The notes beneath the pieces are model-generated. The model was not told the origin of the DNA and searched no databases. It saw only the letters and a list, made by a program, of their open reading frames with translations. From contig DUDU01000040.1 in the NCBI GenBank assembly GCA_005110395.1, positions 4,153 through 68,152 of the forward strand: DNA of 64,000 nucleotides. The letters run 5' to 3'. This stretch comes from Candidatus Melainabacteria bacterium. Its GTDB lineage: Bacteria > Cyanobacteriota > Vampirovibrionia > Caenarcaniphilales > Caenarcanaceae. Made by a program: the position numbers and the translations under genes. Numbering within the stretch: the first letter of the stretch is position 1; the number at the start of each line of letters is the position of its first letter. Positions 20,301-29,004 of the stretch are shown in pieces.

Positions 20301-20853
20301 TAATTGATGAGTTTCTGGTGTCTTTAATGGAATTTTTAAACTTTGCTAATTTTGACACATGCAAGATTTTATTTTCTTTAGGTTTAAGTTATTTGGATTA
20401 ATTTATTCGAAGAACTATGGGACATGTTGTGCAAAGTTGCAGATGAGAACATCTATTCCTTCCTTTCTGCCACTTTCAATTCCTTATTCCTACAAGAAAG
20501 AATGAAGCTCCGAATCATGCTTTATAGTGCAAAGGGGTCTTTTAGAAAAAGAGTTTGGAAACATAATTTATAGAGGTGCCCACATTTGTGTACTGACTTT
20601 TTAGAACTGTGAGTTAATAAATAATTGGTATATCTAAAATCGATCAATTGAGAAAAACACCTGCCGCCTTCTTCGGTAATTAGATTATCGTTCGTTAATG
20701 TTCTGAAATGAAAAAGTTCTATCAAGTATGTTTTTTTGAATATCTACTATATTTATTGATATCAAGATGATATTCATGAATGCACAATTAATCTCATTAT
20801 TAGCTCGGGCTGAGTTTTTATCGTGAATCAATAAATTAAATAAAGGAAACTAT

Positions 20854-22335
20854 GTGAACCTAAACAATTTCTTTAAAGGATTTCAAGCAGAGCTGTATGT
20901 AACTGATATTGACGATCTACCGCCCAGTCTGTTGATTGAAAGAGGAATTAAAGGTGTCATTTTTGATTTGGATGATACTTTGATTGAAGAACATACTGGC
21001 AAATTGTCTGAAAAAATTGTAAGTACTTTAGAAGCTTATAAAGAAGCTGGTCTACAAACTGGCATTATTACGAATAATTTCAGTTCCAAGTATTGTGAGA
21101 AAGTTCGTGATTTATTGGCAAAACACAATTTGTTTATTCCGATGATTGAGAATGCATTTAAGCCTCAAACACTTTGCTTCGAACAAATGCTTGATTTTTT
21201 TGCTTTGTCTGCCGAGCAAGTTGCAATGATCGGAGATGGAATTGTAACTGATACTTTTGGGGCAAAAAAAGCTGGTCTATTATCCATTCGAGTAAAGTGG
21301 TTTTCAAGAAATACTTTAAAAAAAGGTTTTTTATTGATACTAAGAGAATTGATTGTCTGTTTTTATGATGTGTTGAGGCGTATGCTTTTTGGTCATAAGT
21401 CGACTCAATATCATATGTTGAAAAATACTATTAATAATTCCTATTTATTTTTAGTAAACCCAAATTCAAGCCAAACCAAATTGGAAGAAATAAAAGAACT
21501 TATTCAAAATCATTTTCAGAGTATGCCTATTAGTGCAACTTATCAAATACATGAATGCCATGATTTTGAGAATCTCAGTTCAATCTATGCAAAAGATATC
21601 AGAAATGGTACTTATGGTTGCATTGTAGCAGTTGGTGGAGATGGCACGGTCCGTGAAGCAATTACTTTAATTCAGAATAATTGGTCAGTGATTTTGGGCA
21701 TTATTCCTACTGGTACAGGCAATCTCTTGGCTAAAAGCCTAAATATCCCAAGTGACTCTTCTGAAGCCTTGAAAATTTTAACTCAAGGTAAGCAAAAAAG
21801 AATTGATATTACTAAAGTTAATGATCGTTATATTACTCTTGCGGTTGGAACAGGAATTGATGCCAATATCATGAAAAATACCACCTCAGAAAAGAAGAAA
21901 TTTTTGGGTGTTTTTGCTTACTGTGTTGAAGGCTTGAAACAGATTATTAAATTAAAGCATTCTTTATTTGTGCTTGAAATCGATGGGAAAAAGTATTGGA
22001 AAAAAGCTATTGGTATTATTGCAATCAACCGTAACAGTTATATTCAAGCCTTTATTCCTCAGATTAAAATGCCTGAAGAAAATAATGGTTTACTGGACAT
22101 TTGTATTTTAAAAGCGGAAACAACTGGAGATTATTTTGCAATCTTGGCTGAATTATTTTCGGGCGCCTACAAAGAAGAAAATTCAAGAATTGAACATTAT
22201 CAAGCTAAGACTCTCAAGATAACATCAATTCCTCTACTCAACGTACAAGCTGATGGAGATTATATTGGTAAAACCCCAGTTAATATAAAAGTACTTCCAA
22301 ATCAGTTAACAGTCTATGTACCTGAAAGTATTTAA
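20854..22335 (+). CDS. fusion protein: YqeG/GEP4-like HAD phosphatase (N-terminal) plus diacylglycerol/lipid kinase catalytic domain (C-terminal)
   Basis: N-terminal GIKGVIFDLDDTL (HAD motif I), GIITNN, KP..., MIGDGIVTDTFGAKKAGL (motif IV). C-terminal VAVGGDGTVREA and IIPTGTGNLLAKSL (DAGK/YegS-type). GTG start with an aaaggaa RBS 7 nt upstream. Confidence 0.75.
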   Translation: MNLNNFFKGFQAELYVTDIDDLPPSLLIERGIKGVIFDLDDTLIEEHTGKLSEKIVSTLEAYKEAGLQTGIITNNFSSKYCEKVRDLLAKHNLFIPMIENAFKPQTLCFEQMLDFFALSAEQVAMIGDGIVTDTFGAKKAGLLSIRVKWFSRNTLKKGFLLILRELIVCFYDVLRRMLFGHKSTQYHMLKNTINNSYLFLVNPNSSQTKLEEIKELIQNHFQSMPISATYQIHECHDFENLSSIYAKDIRNGTYGCIVAVGGDGTVREAITLIQNNWSVILGIIPTGTGNLLAKSLNIPSDSSEALKILTQGKQKRIDITKVNDRYITLAVGTGIDANIMKNTTSEKKKFLGVFAYCVEGLKQIIKLKHSLFVLEIDGKKYWKKAIGIIAINRNSYIQAFIPQIKMPEENNGLLDICILKAETTGDYFAILAELFSGAYKEENSRIEHYQAKTLKITSIPLLNVQADGDYIGKTPVNIKVLPNQLTVYVPESI

Positions 22336-22437
22336 CTTTTATGCAAATTTCTATACACAAATTATTGATTCCAAACTTGCTCTAGATTATTTTGTGAAAC
22401 TACGTTTATCACTAACAACTTTTTCAATGAGATTTCA

Positions 22438-23214
22438 TTAAGCATTTTTGTCTAGCATTTTAAAAAATTGATTTTGCAAATTGGAATCTTCTTTGAATTT
22501 GCCAAGCGTCATAATGGTGGTTGTATTGGCATCAGACTTTTTGACTCCACGCATAGACATACACAAATGATTTGCCTCAATCAAAACCATTACTCCATTC
22601 GCATCTAATGTTTGATAAAGAGTTTCTGCAACTTGTTGAGTTAATCTTTCTTGCAACTGAGGTCTTTTTGCAAAGCCTTCAACGAGTCTAGCTAACTTGC
22701 TAATGCCTGTTACTTTTCCGCTTTCGCCTGGAAGATAAGCGATGTGAGCTTTGCCGTGTATTGGTAAAATGTGATGCTCACACATGCTATAAAATTCAAT
22801 ATCTTTGACCATTACAATCCCTGTATAATCTTCACTGAAAGCGCAATTCAATTCTTCGGATGGATTCTGATGAAGTCCAGCAAAAATCTCTTCATACATG
22901 CGAGCTACTCTATTTGGAGTCCCAACTAGTCCTTCTCTGTCAGGATCTTCACCAATTGCAAGCAAAATCTCTCTAACAGCTCTCTCTATGCGGGGCAAGT
23001 CAAAAGGGCCATGAAGTGACTGAGCTTGTGACTTATTTTCTAATTTGGTTTGAGTTTGTGATGTAGTGTTTGAATTGAAACCCAAAATCTCTGAGTTGTC
23101 AGTAATGATTGAATCATTAGGATCACTTATTTCACCCAAATCTACCTTTAATGTCTGAGCACTTTTCTCATTCATCTTGCCTTTTACCAATTCTTCTTTA
23201 GTTGAAATTGCCAT
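22438..23214 (-). CDS. folE: GTP cyclohydrolase I with a ~70-aa low-complexity N-terminal extension
   Basis: [28 protein letters not shown] and QLQERLTQQ are FolE signatures. gaggag RBS upstream of the ATG at 23214. Confidence 0.9.
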   Translation of the reverse strand: MAISTKEELVKGKMNEKSAQTLKVDLGEISDPNDSIITDNSEILGFNSNTTSQTQTKLENKSQAQSLHGPFDLPRIERAVREILLAIGEDPDREGLVGTPNRVARMYEEIFAGLHQNPSEELNCAFSEDYTGIVMVKDIEFYSMCEHHILPIHGKAHIAYLPGESGKVTGISKLARLVEGFAKRPQLQERLTQQVAETLYQTLDANGVMVLIEANHLCMSMRGVKKSDANTTTIMTLGKFKEDSNLQNQFFKMLDKNA

Positions 23215-23373
23215 TTGATCTCCTCAAGTAATGTTCAAAGATTTTATTTGCAATTTTATTTGCAATTTTATTTTGTATTGATTATAAAGGTCTATTAGAC
23301 ATCCACTGAAAGAATTAAATATACAATTCAAATCAAACACTAAATGTTAAGAGTAATTTTACTAAAAGTAATC

Positions 23374-23784
23374 TCAAAGCATTTTGCTTATTTGAGCGGA
23401 TATCCATTTAATCCAAGTATATTGATTTCTACACAGAGTGAACACACAATATATTATGACTCCTAAATAAAGAATTAAAATTCCTTCTAGAATCCAAGGC
23501 ATTATTTTCCAAATAACCTGATCAGCTGATGCTGGTAATGGCAAGATTGTAAGTACAAAAAAAAGAAATTTTGCAGCTTCCCTTAAAAGGATAAACAATA
23601 AACAAATTACTATCGACTGATAAATGTGATATCTCAGGAAATTACTCCTTCCACGATTAATAATTAAAAGAATGAAACCAAATATTCCCCCTGTTAAATA
23701 AGAAAGACTCCCAAAAAGCTTTTCTTTAAAATCACTGTCACTAAAAGATTTATTTGTTTGATTATTTGATGATGTTTGAAACAT
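23374..23784 (-). CDS. small 4-TM membrane protein, Tic20/DUF4870-like
   Basis: The pattern GSLSYLTGGIFGFILLIINRGRSNFLRYHIYQSIVI resembles Tic20-like/DUF4870 proteins. Weak assignment, from memory only. Confidence 0.4.
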   Translation of the reverse strand: MFQTSSNNQTNKSFSDSDFKEKLFGSLSYLTGGIFGFILLIINRGRSNFLRYHIYQSIVICLLFILLREAAKFLFFVLTILPLPASADQVIWKIMPWILEGILILYLGVIIYCVFTLCRNQYTWIKWISAQISKML

Positions 23785-23947
23785 TATTGCGAGAATTAAT
23801 AGAGGATAATTAAGAAGGTTGGAAATTATTGCCTTGAAATTATTTGAGCTTAATAGAATTTATTAGGATTTTGCCACCCAATAAACTTTCTTGTTCAAAT
23901 AAAATATTAATTATTAAATCTTAAAGCTAAATAGAGAGACAGAAACT

Positions 23948-24712
23948 TTGTCGAATCAAAACTTGTCTAATCTAGACTCATCCACTACTAATAAGCCAAA
24001 TCCAAAAAGCTATTATTTTGAGATGAATGATAATGACCTTGTGCTTCAGTGTCAGCAAGGTGAGAGGCAAGCTTTGGAAGTATTAGTTAAACGCTATCAA
24101 AAAGTAGTTTTTTCCATGCTTTATCAGTTAGCTCCTGATTGGCACGATATTGCAGATTTAGCGCAGGAAGTATTTATAAGAGTTTATAGACATGTAGGTA
24201 GTCTCCGAAATCCTAAAACTTTTAGAGCTTGGCTCAATCAAATTACGGTTAATCTTTTTTATGATGAGCTCAGAAAGCGCCCCCGAAGAATAGCCACAAT
24301 TTCAATTGATAAAACAGATGAAGACGATGAACAAATTAGAGAATTTCCTGATTTAAGCCTTGGACCTGATGAAATTGTTTTAAATCAAGAATTATCGGCA
24401 TTTATTCGAAAAGCAATGGATGAATTACCGGAACAGTTTAGGGTGGTCATCGTCTTAAGAGAATTGCAAGGGCTTAGTTATGAAGAAATTGCTGAATCAC
24501 TCGGTTGCGAGCTTGGAACAGTAAAATCCCGAATAGCTAGAGCGAGAGCGAGGCTGCAAATAATGCTTAAAAATTATGTCGATAGACTTCCTAAGAGCCA
24601 AAATACTAAAGGTTCGAATTCAGTTCCGAATTTAAGCTCAAGCAAGTTAAAGACAGTTCAAGCAAGCAGTCAATTGGGTAGTTTGCAGAATGAAGGTATT
24701 TCTCTCAAATAA
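23948..24712 (+). CDS. ECF-type RNA polymerase sigma-70 family factor
   Basis: Region 2 (VLVKRYQKVVFSMLYQL...AQEVFIRVY) and region 4 (VVIVLRELQGLSYEEIAESLGCELGTVKSRIARARARL). The track start is TTG; the ATG at 24023 (MNDND) is an alternative. Confidence 0.85.
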   Translation: MSNQNLSNLDSSTTNKPNPKSYYFEMNDNDLVLQCQQGERQALEVLVKRYQKVVFSMLYQLAPDWHDIADLAQEVFIRVYRHVGSLRNPKTFRAWLNQITVNLFYDELRKRPRRIATISIDKTDEDDEQIREFPDLSLGPDEIVLNQELSAFIRKAMDELPEQFRVVIVLRELQGLSYEEIAESLGCELGTVKSRIARARARLQIMLKNYVDRLPKSQNTKGSNSVPNLSSSKLKTVQASSQLGSLQNEGISLK

Positions 24713-24754
24713 AAGCCATAAGCAAAAGAAAAAAGACAAGCCAGTAGAAAACAA

Positions 24755-25609
24755 ATGACACTTAAATTAAAAGATATAGAGGCTATTTCTGAATACTACG
24801 ATGGGGAAGTGAAAGATGTATTCAATCTTCAGGAAAAAGAAAGTCTCATCAAGAGTAATGAAGAAGCTCAAAAATTTTATTCCAATTTACCTTTGATTTC
24901 TCAGATTCTTCAAAATGGTAATAAGGCCTATCTAGTTTCGATTGAAAAAGATTTAAATAGTTTTTGGAATGTCGTAAACACAACTCTTTCTAAAGAAGAT
25001 GAATTGTTAAACAATCTATTAAAAAGCTCCCTGGACGAATTGCCTGATGAATTTGCCAATATTGATATTTGGAGCCAATTAAGTACAAAGTTAAGTGCCA
25101 AGCTAAACAATGAAGAATTATTGGATCCGACCATTATTAGTTCTGCACAAAACAATTCAATAATTAGTTCTAATATTCCATTCCGTCCAGTTGATGAGAA
25201 CTGGGAAATAATACTTCAGCAAAGTTATGAACTTCCAAATGAATTGAAAGAAATTAATATTTGGGATGGAATTAATCAAAAACTAAATGAGAAATTTCAC
25301 GAAGAGTTTTTCTCTGAAAATGCTCATTTAGACTGGTCAGATAAAACTAAATTTTATATTGGTTTATTTGAATATCTTGATGGTGAAACTTCTGGAGCCA
25401 AAACTCAAGAAATCAACAATCATCTCAATCAATGTCCAAGTTGTCGAGAAACTTATTTACCTTTCACAAAATCAAGACAAGCACTCAAATATTCCTTTAG
25501 CACAAATAATCAAGCATCCCAAGATCAAGATGAGTTTTGGTCAGAAATTGAAAGTAAATTATTTCCCGAAGAAAACAAATTTCAATTCAAAAAAATACAA
25601 GGTCTATAA
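24755..25609 (+). CDS. putative anti-sigma factor with a zinc-binding HxxxCxxC motif located near the C-terminus
   Basis: Lies immediately downstream of the ECF sigma gene. LFEYLDGETSGAKTQEINNHLNQCPSCRETY is a canonical anti-sigma-domain helix with the ZAS motif, but sits at about residue 205-230 of 284. No TM helix is evident. Confidence 0.6.
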   Translation: MTLKLKDIEAISEYYDGEVKDVFNLQEKESLIKSNEEAQKFYSNLPLISQILQNGNKAYLVSIEKDLNSFWNVVNTTLSKEDELLNNLLKSSLDELPDEFANIDIWSQLSTKLSAKLNNEELLDPTIISSAQNNSIISSNIPFRPVDENWEIILQQSYELPNELKEINIWDGINQKLNEKFHEEFFSENAHLDWSDKTKFYIGLFEYLDGETSGAKTQEINNHLNQCPSCRETYLPFTKSRQALKYSFSTNNQASQDQDEFWSEIESKLFPEENKFQFKKIQGL

Positions 25610-25757
25610 TCTTCAGATTCTTCAATCTCAAATTTAGTTAAAGCTTTTCCTGAAAACTCTCACGGCTAAATTTTTAATACTATCGAATTTCTATCTTCTA
25701 CTGATATCTCCCCAAGAAAATCTTTCATAGACTTCTCACAATATAGTTTTAGAAAAA

Positions 25758-26252
25758 ATGAAAAATCACAAGTTAAATATTTTCAATTTCTTATTCTCTG
25801 CAATTATTTTGTTGATTTCTTCCCAGACTACTCTAGCGGCTGAAATACCAGCAACTACAAATCAAGGTATTGGGGTTGTTGATGAAGAGAGAATATTTAA
25901 TGAATATAGCGAATCACAAAAAGCTCAAAAACAAATTGCAAGTCTTAGAAGTAAAATTCAAGATTTATTGTTGCAATTAAATGCCGAAGTGGAAAAGTCT
26001 CTTCAAGACAAGTCATTGACCGATGATCAAAAAGAAGCAAAACGGAAAGAAGCTGAACAACAATTTGTAGCAGAAAAAAACAAAGCCGAAGAAACGGCTG
26101 ATTCTTTAAGAAAGAAAATTGAATTATCAGTTTATAAAGCAATTAAAGAAGAAGCTAATATGCAAAATCTCAGTTTGATTCTTACCAAAGAGTCGGCTCT
26201 AATTGGTGGAAAAGAAATTACCGATGATATTTTAAGTAAATTGAATAAGTAA
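25758..26252 (+). CDS. OmpH/Skp-like periplasmic chaperone
   Basis: Signal peptide (ILLISSQTTLAAE), IGVVDEERIFNEYSESQKAQKQI and a long K/E-rich coiled coil. Size of 164 aa is typical of Skp. Confidence 0.7.
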   Translation: MKNHKLNIFNFLFSAIILLISSQTTLAAEIPATTNQGIGVVDEERIFNEYSESQKAQKQIASLRSKIQDLLLQLNAEVEKSLQDKSLTDDQKEAKRKEAEQQFVAEKNKAEETADSLRKKIELSVYKAIKEEANMQNLSLILTKESALIGGKEITDDILSKLNK

Positions 26253-26513
26253 TCTAGTGATTCTGATATTAGTTTGCGATCGGCACCAAACATTTTTTTC
26301 TTCTGCCTTCCTTTCAAGGAGATTGGGAGGTACAGAAAAGCCTATATCTAATTGCAACTTATTTATTAAATTAAAGCAAAAATAATACTCAAAGAACAAA
26401 AAGGTTCAATAAATTATTTCAACTTCATGATTCGTTCGCAGAATAATAATCTAAAAAAAACACATTGCAGTATTCATCTCTCAAAGTTCTTGCTTAGAGA
26501 CTGGAATTGTAAA

Positions 26514-27605
26514 TTAAACAGAAACTGGCTCAGCTTGATGATCTAAAACTCTCTTTAAGGTCTTATCAACCAATACTCTGCCTGTTCCAATTACAACGCA
26601 TTCAAGCGGATTTTCTGCAATATATACGGGGACTTCAACTTCATTCCTAATTGCAACATCAAGGCTGTCGAGTAGAGCTCCACCACCAGCTAAAGTAATT
26701 CCTCTTTCAAAAATATCAGCAGCAAGTTCTGGGGGAGTTCTTTCTAATGTTCTTTTGACGGCTTCAACTATTGAGGTGAGTGGCTCAACCATAGCTTCTC
26801 TCACTTCCATTTGGCTGATTGAAACAGTTCTTGGAAGCCCATTAATTAAATTCAGACCCCTAACTTCAAACTTGTCATCACCATTATTGCCAAATTGAGG
26901 CCCTAAGGCTAATTTGATTTCTTCAGCTGTACGTTCACCAATTGCGAGATTGTAAACTTTTTTGAGATATTGAACGATAGATTCATTCAATTCATCGCCC
27001 GCTACACGGATTGACTCACTAACTACAATTCCAGACAAACTGATAACTGCAATCTCAGTGGTACCACCTCCAATATCAACAATCATACTTCCGACCGGTT
27101 CTGCAACTGGTAAACAAGCTCCGATTGCAGCAGCCATTGGTTCTTCAATCAAATAAACTCTCCCTGCACCAGCATTTTCGGCAGCTTCTTTAACGGCTCT
27201 TTTCTCGACTGAAGTAATTCCAGATGGAACACCAATAGCTAAAGTTGGCTTACTAATCGAAGAGAGAAGATTGCTCTTAGTGGCTCTTTTGATAAATTCA
27301 CTTATCATTTGAGAAGCATAATCAAAATCAGCAATTACGCCGTCTTTGAGGGGTCTAATGGCTCTGAGATAGTCAGGAGTGCGGCCTATCATTTTGCGAG
27401 CTTCACTACCAACTGCTAAGACTTCGCCGCTTCGGTAATCAACAGCCACAACTGATGGCTCATTTAAAATAATATTGAGTTTATAAGGAGTATTTCTTCC
27501 AGATGGCTCACAAACGCAAACCAAAGTATTTGCTGTTCCTAAGTCAATCCCAATTGAAGCATTCATTGAAACATTTCCAAACAATTGATTGAACCAACCC
27601 ATCAT
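26514..27605 (-). CDS. mreB: rod-shape-determining actin homologue MreB
   Basis: IGIDLGTANTLV, EPSVVA, IEEPMAAAIGA, VDIGGGTTEIAVISL and LAGGGALL. Confidence 0.92.
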   Translation of the reverse strand: MMGWFNQLFGNVSMNASIGIDLGTANTLVCVCEPSGRNTPYKLNIILNEPSVVAVDYRSGEVLAVGSEARKMIGRTPDYLRAIRPLKDGVIADFDYASQMISEFIKRATKSNLLSSISKPTLAIGVPSGITSVEKRAVKEAAENAGAGRVYLIEEPMAAAIGACLPVAEPVGSMIVDIGGGTTEIAVISLSGIVVSESIRVAGDELNESIVQYLKKVYNLAIGERTAEEIKLALGPQFGNNGDDKFEVRGLNLINGLPRTVSISQMEVREAMVEPLTSIVEAVKRTLERTPPELAADIFERGITLAGGGALLDSLDVAIRNEVEVPVYIAENPLECVVIGTGRVLVDKTLKRVLDHQAEPVSV

Positions 27606-28574
27606 AATTTTCCTGATTTGTAATTCTTAATTTAATTAAAATTATTTCTGCTTAAATAAGTTACTTAAGTCTAAATCTTTAGCCAGTAGAACTCAAGAAC
27701 TATTTTCAACTTATTGAGAATTCTTTCAAGAATAGCCACGTCAAGACCCAAAGCACTATTCGTAAAATCTATAATACTCATACTAAAAAATCTTTAGTAA
27801 AAAAATACACCGTTAAAATACTTACGTAAACTTTAATTCTTCAAATTAATAGGCGATAACCAAATTTTTCAGATACTGGATAAATAAATCAATCAATCTA
27901 AGAAGCCTTTTGTTCTCAGTTGATCAAATACTTCAAGAAATACTATGGGCTTTTGCTCTATATCTTAAGATATTTTTGTTTTCTACTTCTAAAACCCTAA
28001 TTTCTTTATCAAGCAATTGTCGATTTTGATTCGCTTGCAGACTTTTCTGGGACAGTATGTTTTTTTCAGTTCTAAGAAAGATAACCTAGAAGCATTTCCT
28101 CCAATTGCTTATTTCTTTATTTGCAATACTGTGTTCTTTGTTTTGGTCAAGTTTTTGGGAATGGAAAAAGATAAAGAACTTTTCAATCAGGTTTATCAAA
28201 AACTCACTATATCTTCAAATCAATTTGCAAAAGATATTCATACAGGCATTCCTTTTTATCATTCGGCCAATAAATATAGTCTATGTGAATGAAGCCAACC
28301 TTCTATTCAGCGAATTGTTTCATTTCTCTTCTTGTCTTTTCAGTCAATCCTTTCTCCTTTAAAATTTTTCCCAACCAAGATCTCCCGATTGGAATTGATA
28401 ATTCACAGTTAACCACTTCAAGAAGATCATCAATTGGCAGATTCGTTAGCTTTCTCTCTTTAATGATTATTTCGGGTTAATGCCTATTTCCAGTGCCTCT
28501 TTTGAGCATGAGAGGCGTCTTCAACTGTTTTTCTTTTTCTCCACTTAATGACAGTTGTATATTGGGCATTTGAA

Positions 28575-28620
28575 AGAAATTAGAAAACCATTTGCAAGAA
28601 ATTAGAAAACCATTTGCAAG
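28575..28620. repeat. exact 22-bp tandem duplication
   Basis: agaaattagaaaaccatttgca occurs twice back to back (period 22) and is followed by ag. It lies inside the integrase remnant region. Confidence 0.85.
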
Positions 28621-28624
28621 GGTA

Positions 28625-28830
28625 ATTGAAAAAACAGGACTCAATCCGAAGTAGGTGGTCAGGCATACACTAAGCTATACGGTGATTACTCATCTAATGC
28701 AAGCTGGCGTTAACTTACCCACGTGAAGAGGATTTCAGCACACAAAACTTTGATTATGGTGGAAAGGTATTCTCATCAAAACACTGAGCATATTCAATCC
28801 GCTTTTGATAGGATTGAAACAAAGAATTAG
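28625..28830 (+). pseudogene. C-terminal remnant of a tyrosine recombinase/phage-type integrase, frameshifted
   Basis: Two frames read HTLSYTVITHLMQAGVNLPT and then VKRISAHKTLIMVERYSHQNTEHIQSAFDRIETKN*. This is the H-x-L-R-H ... G-H ... Y box of integrases, with the R/H positions substituted and one frameshift. Only about 70-85 codons remain. Confidence 0.7.
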
Positions 28831-29004
28831 TGGATGATCTTACTAGGTATTTATTTAAATTTCGTCTAATAACCGCTAGTAACTTCTTCTATTTCATTCA
28901 CCATATTTCCGCTTTGTTTCAGTGATTTCAGCTCTGTTTTTAAAACCGCAAAGTAATGTAATAAATATTTTTTATACTCTGAATTTAGTTTTATTTTTTG
29001 CATT

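Noticed and set aside
20440-20480. A gaaaggaaggaa string on the minus strand, reminiscent of the SRP RNA domain IV (GGAAGGAAGCAGC) region.
   Set aside because: The flanking sequence does not form the conserved helix 8 with a GNRA tetraloop, and the conserved AGCA motif is missing.
28280-28470. An IS481/IS3-like transposase fragment, considered as an annotated feature.
   Set aside because: The similarity rests on two short peptide stretches only (an HTH-like LGKILKEKGL and FIHIDY). It is mentioned as context in a finding but is too weak for a feature call.
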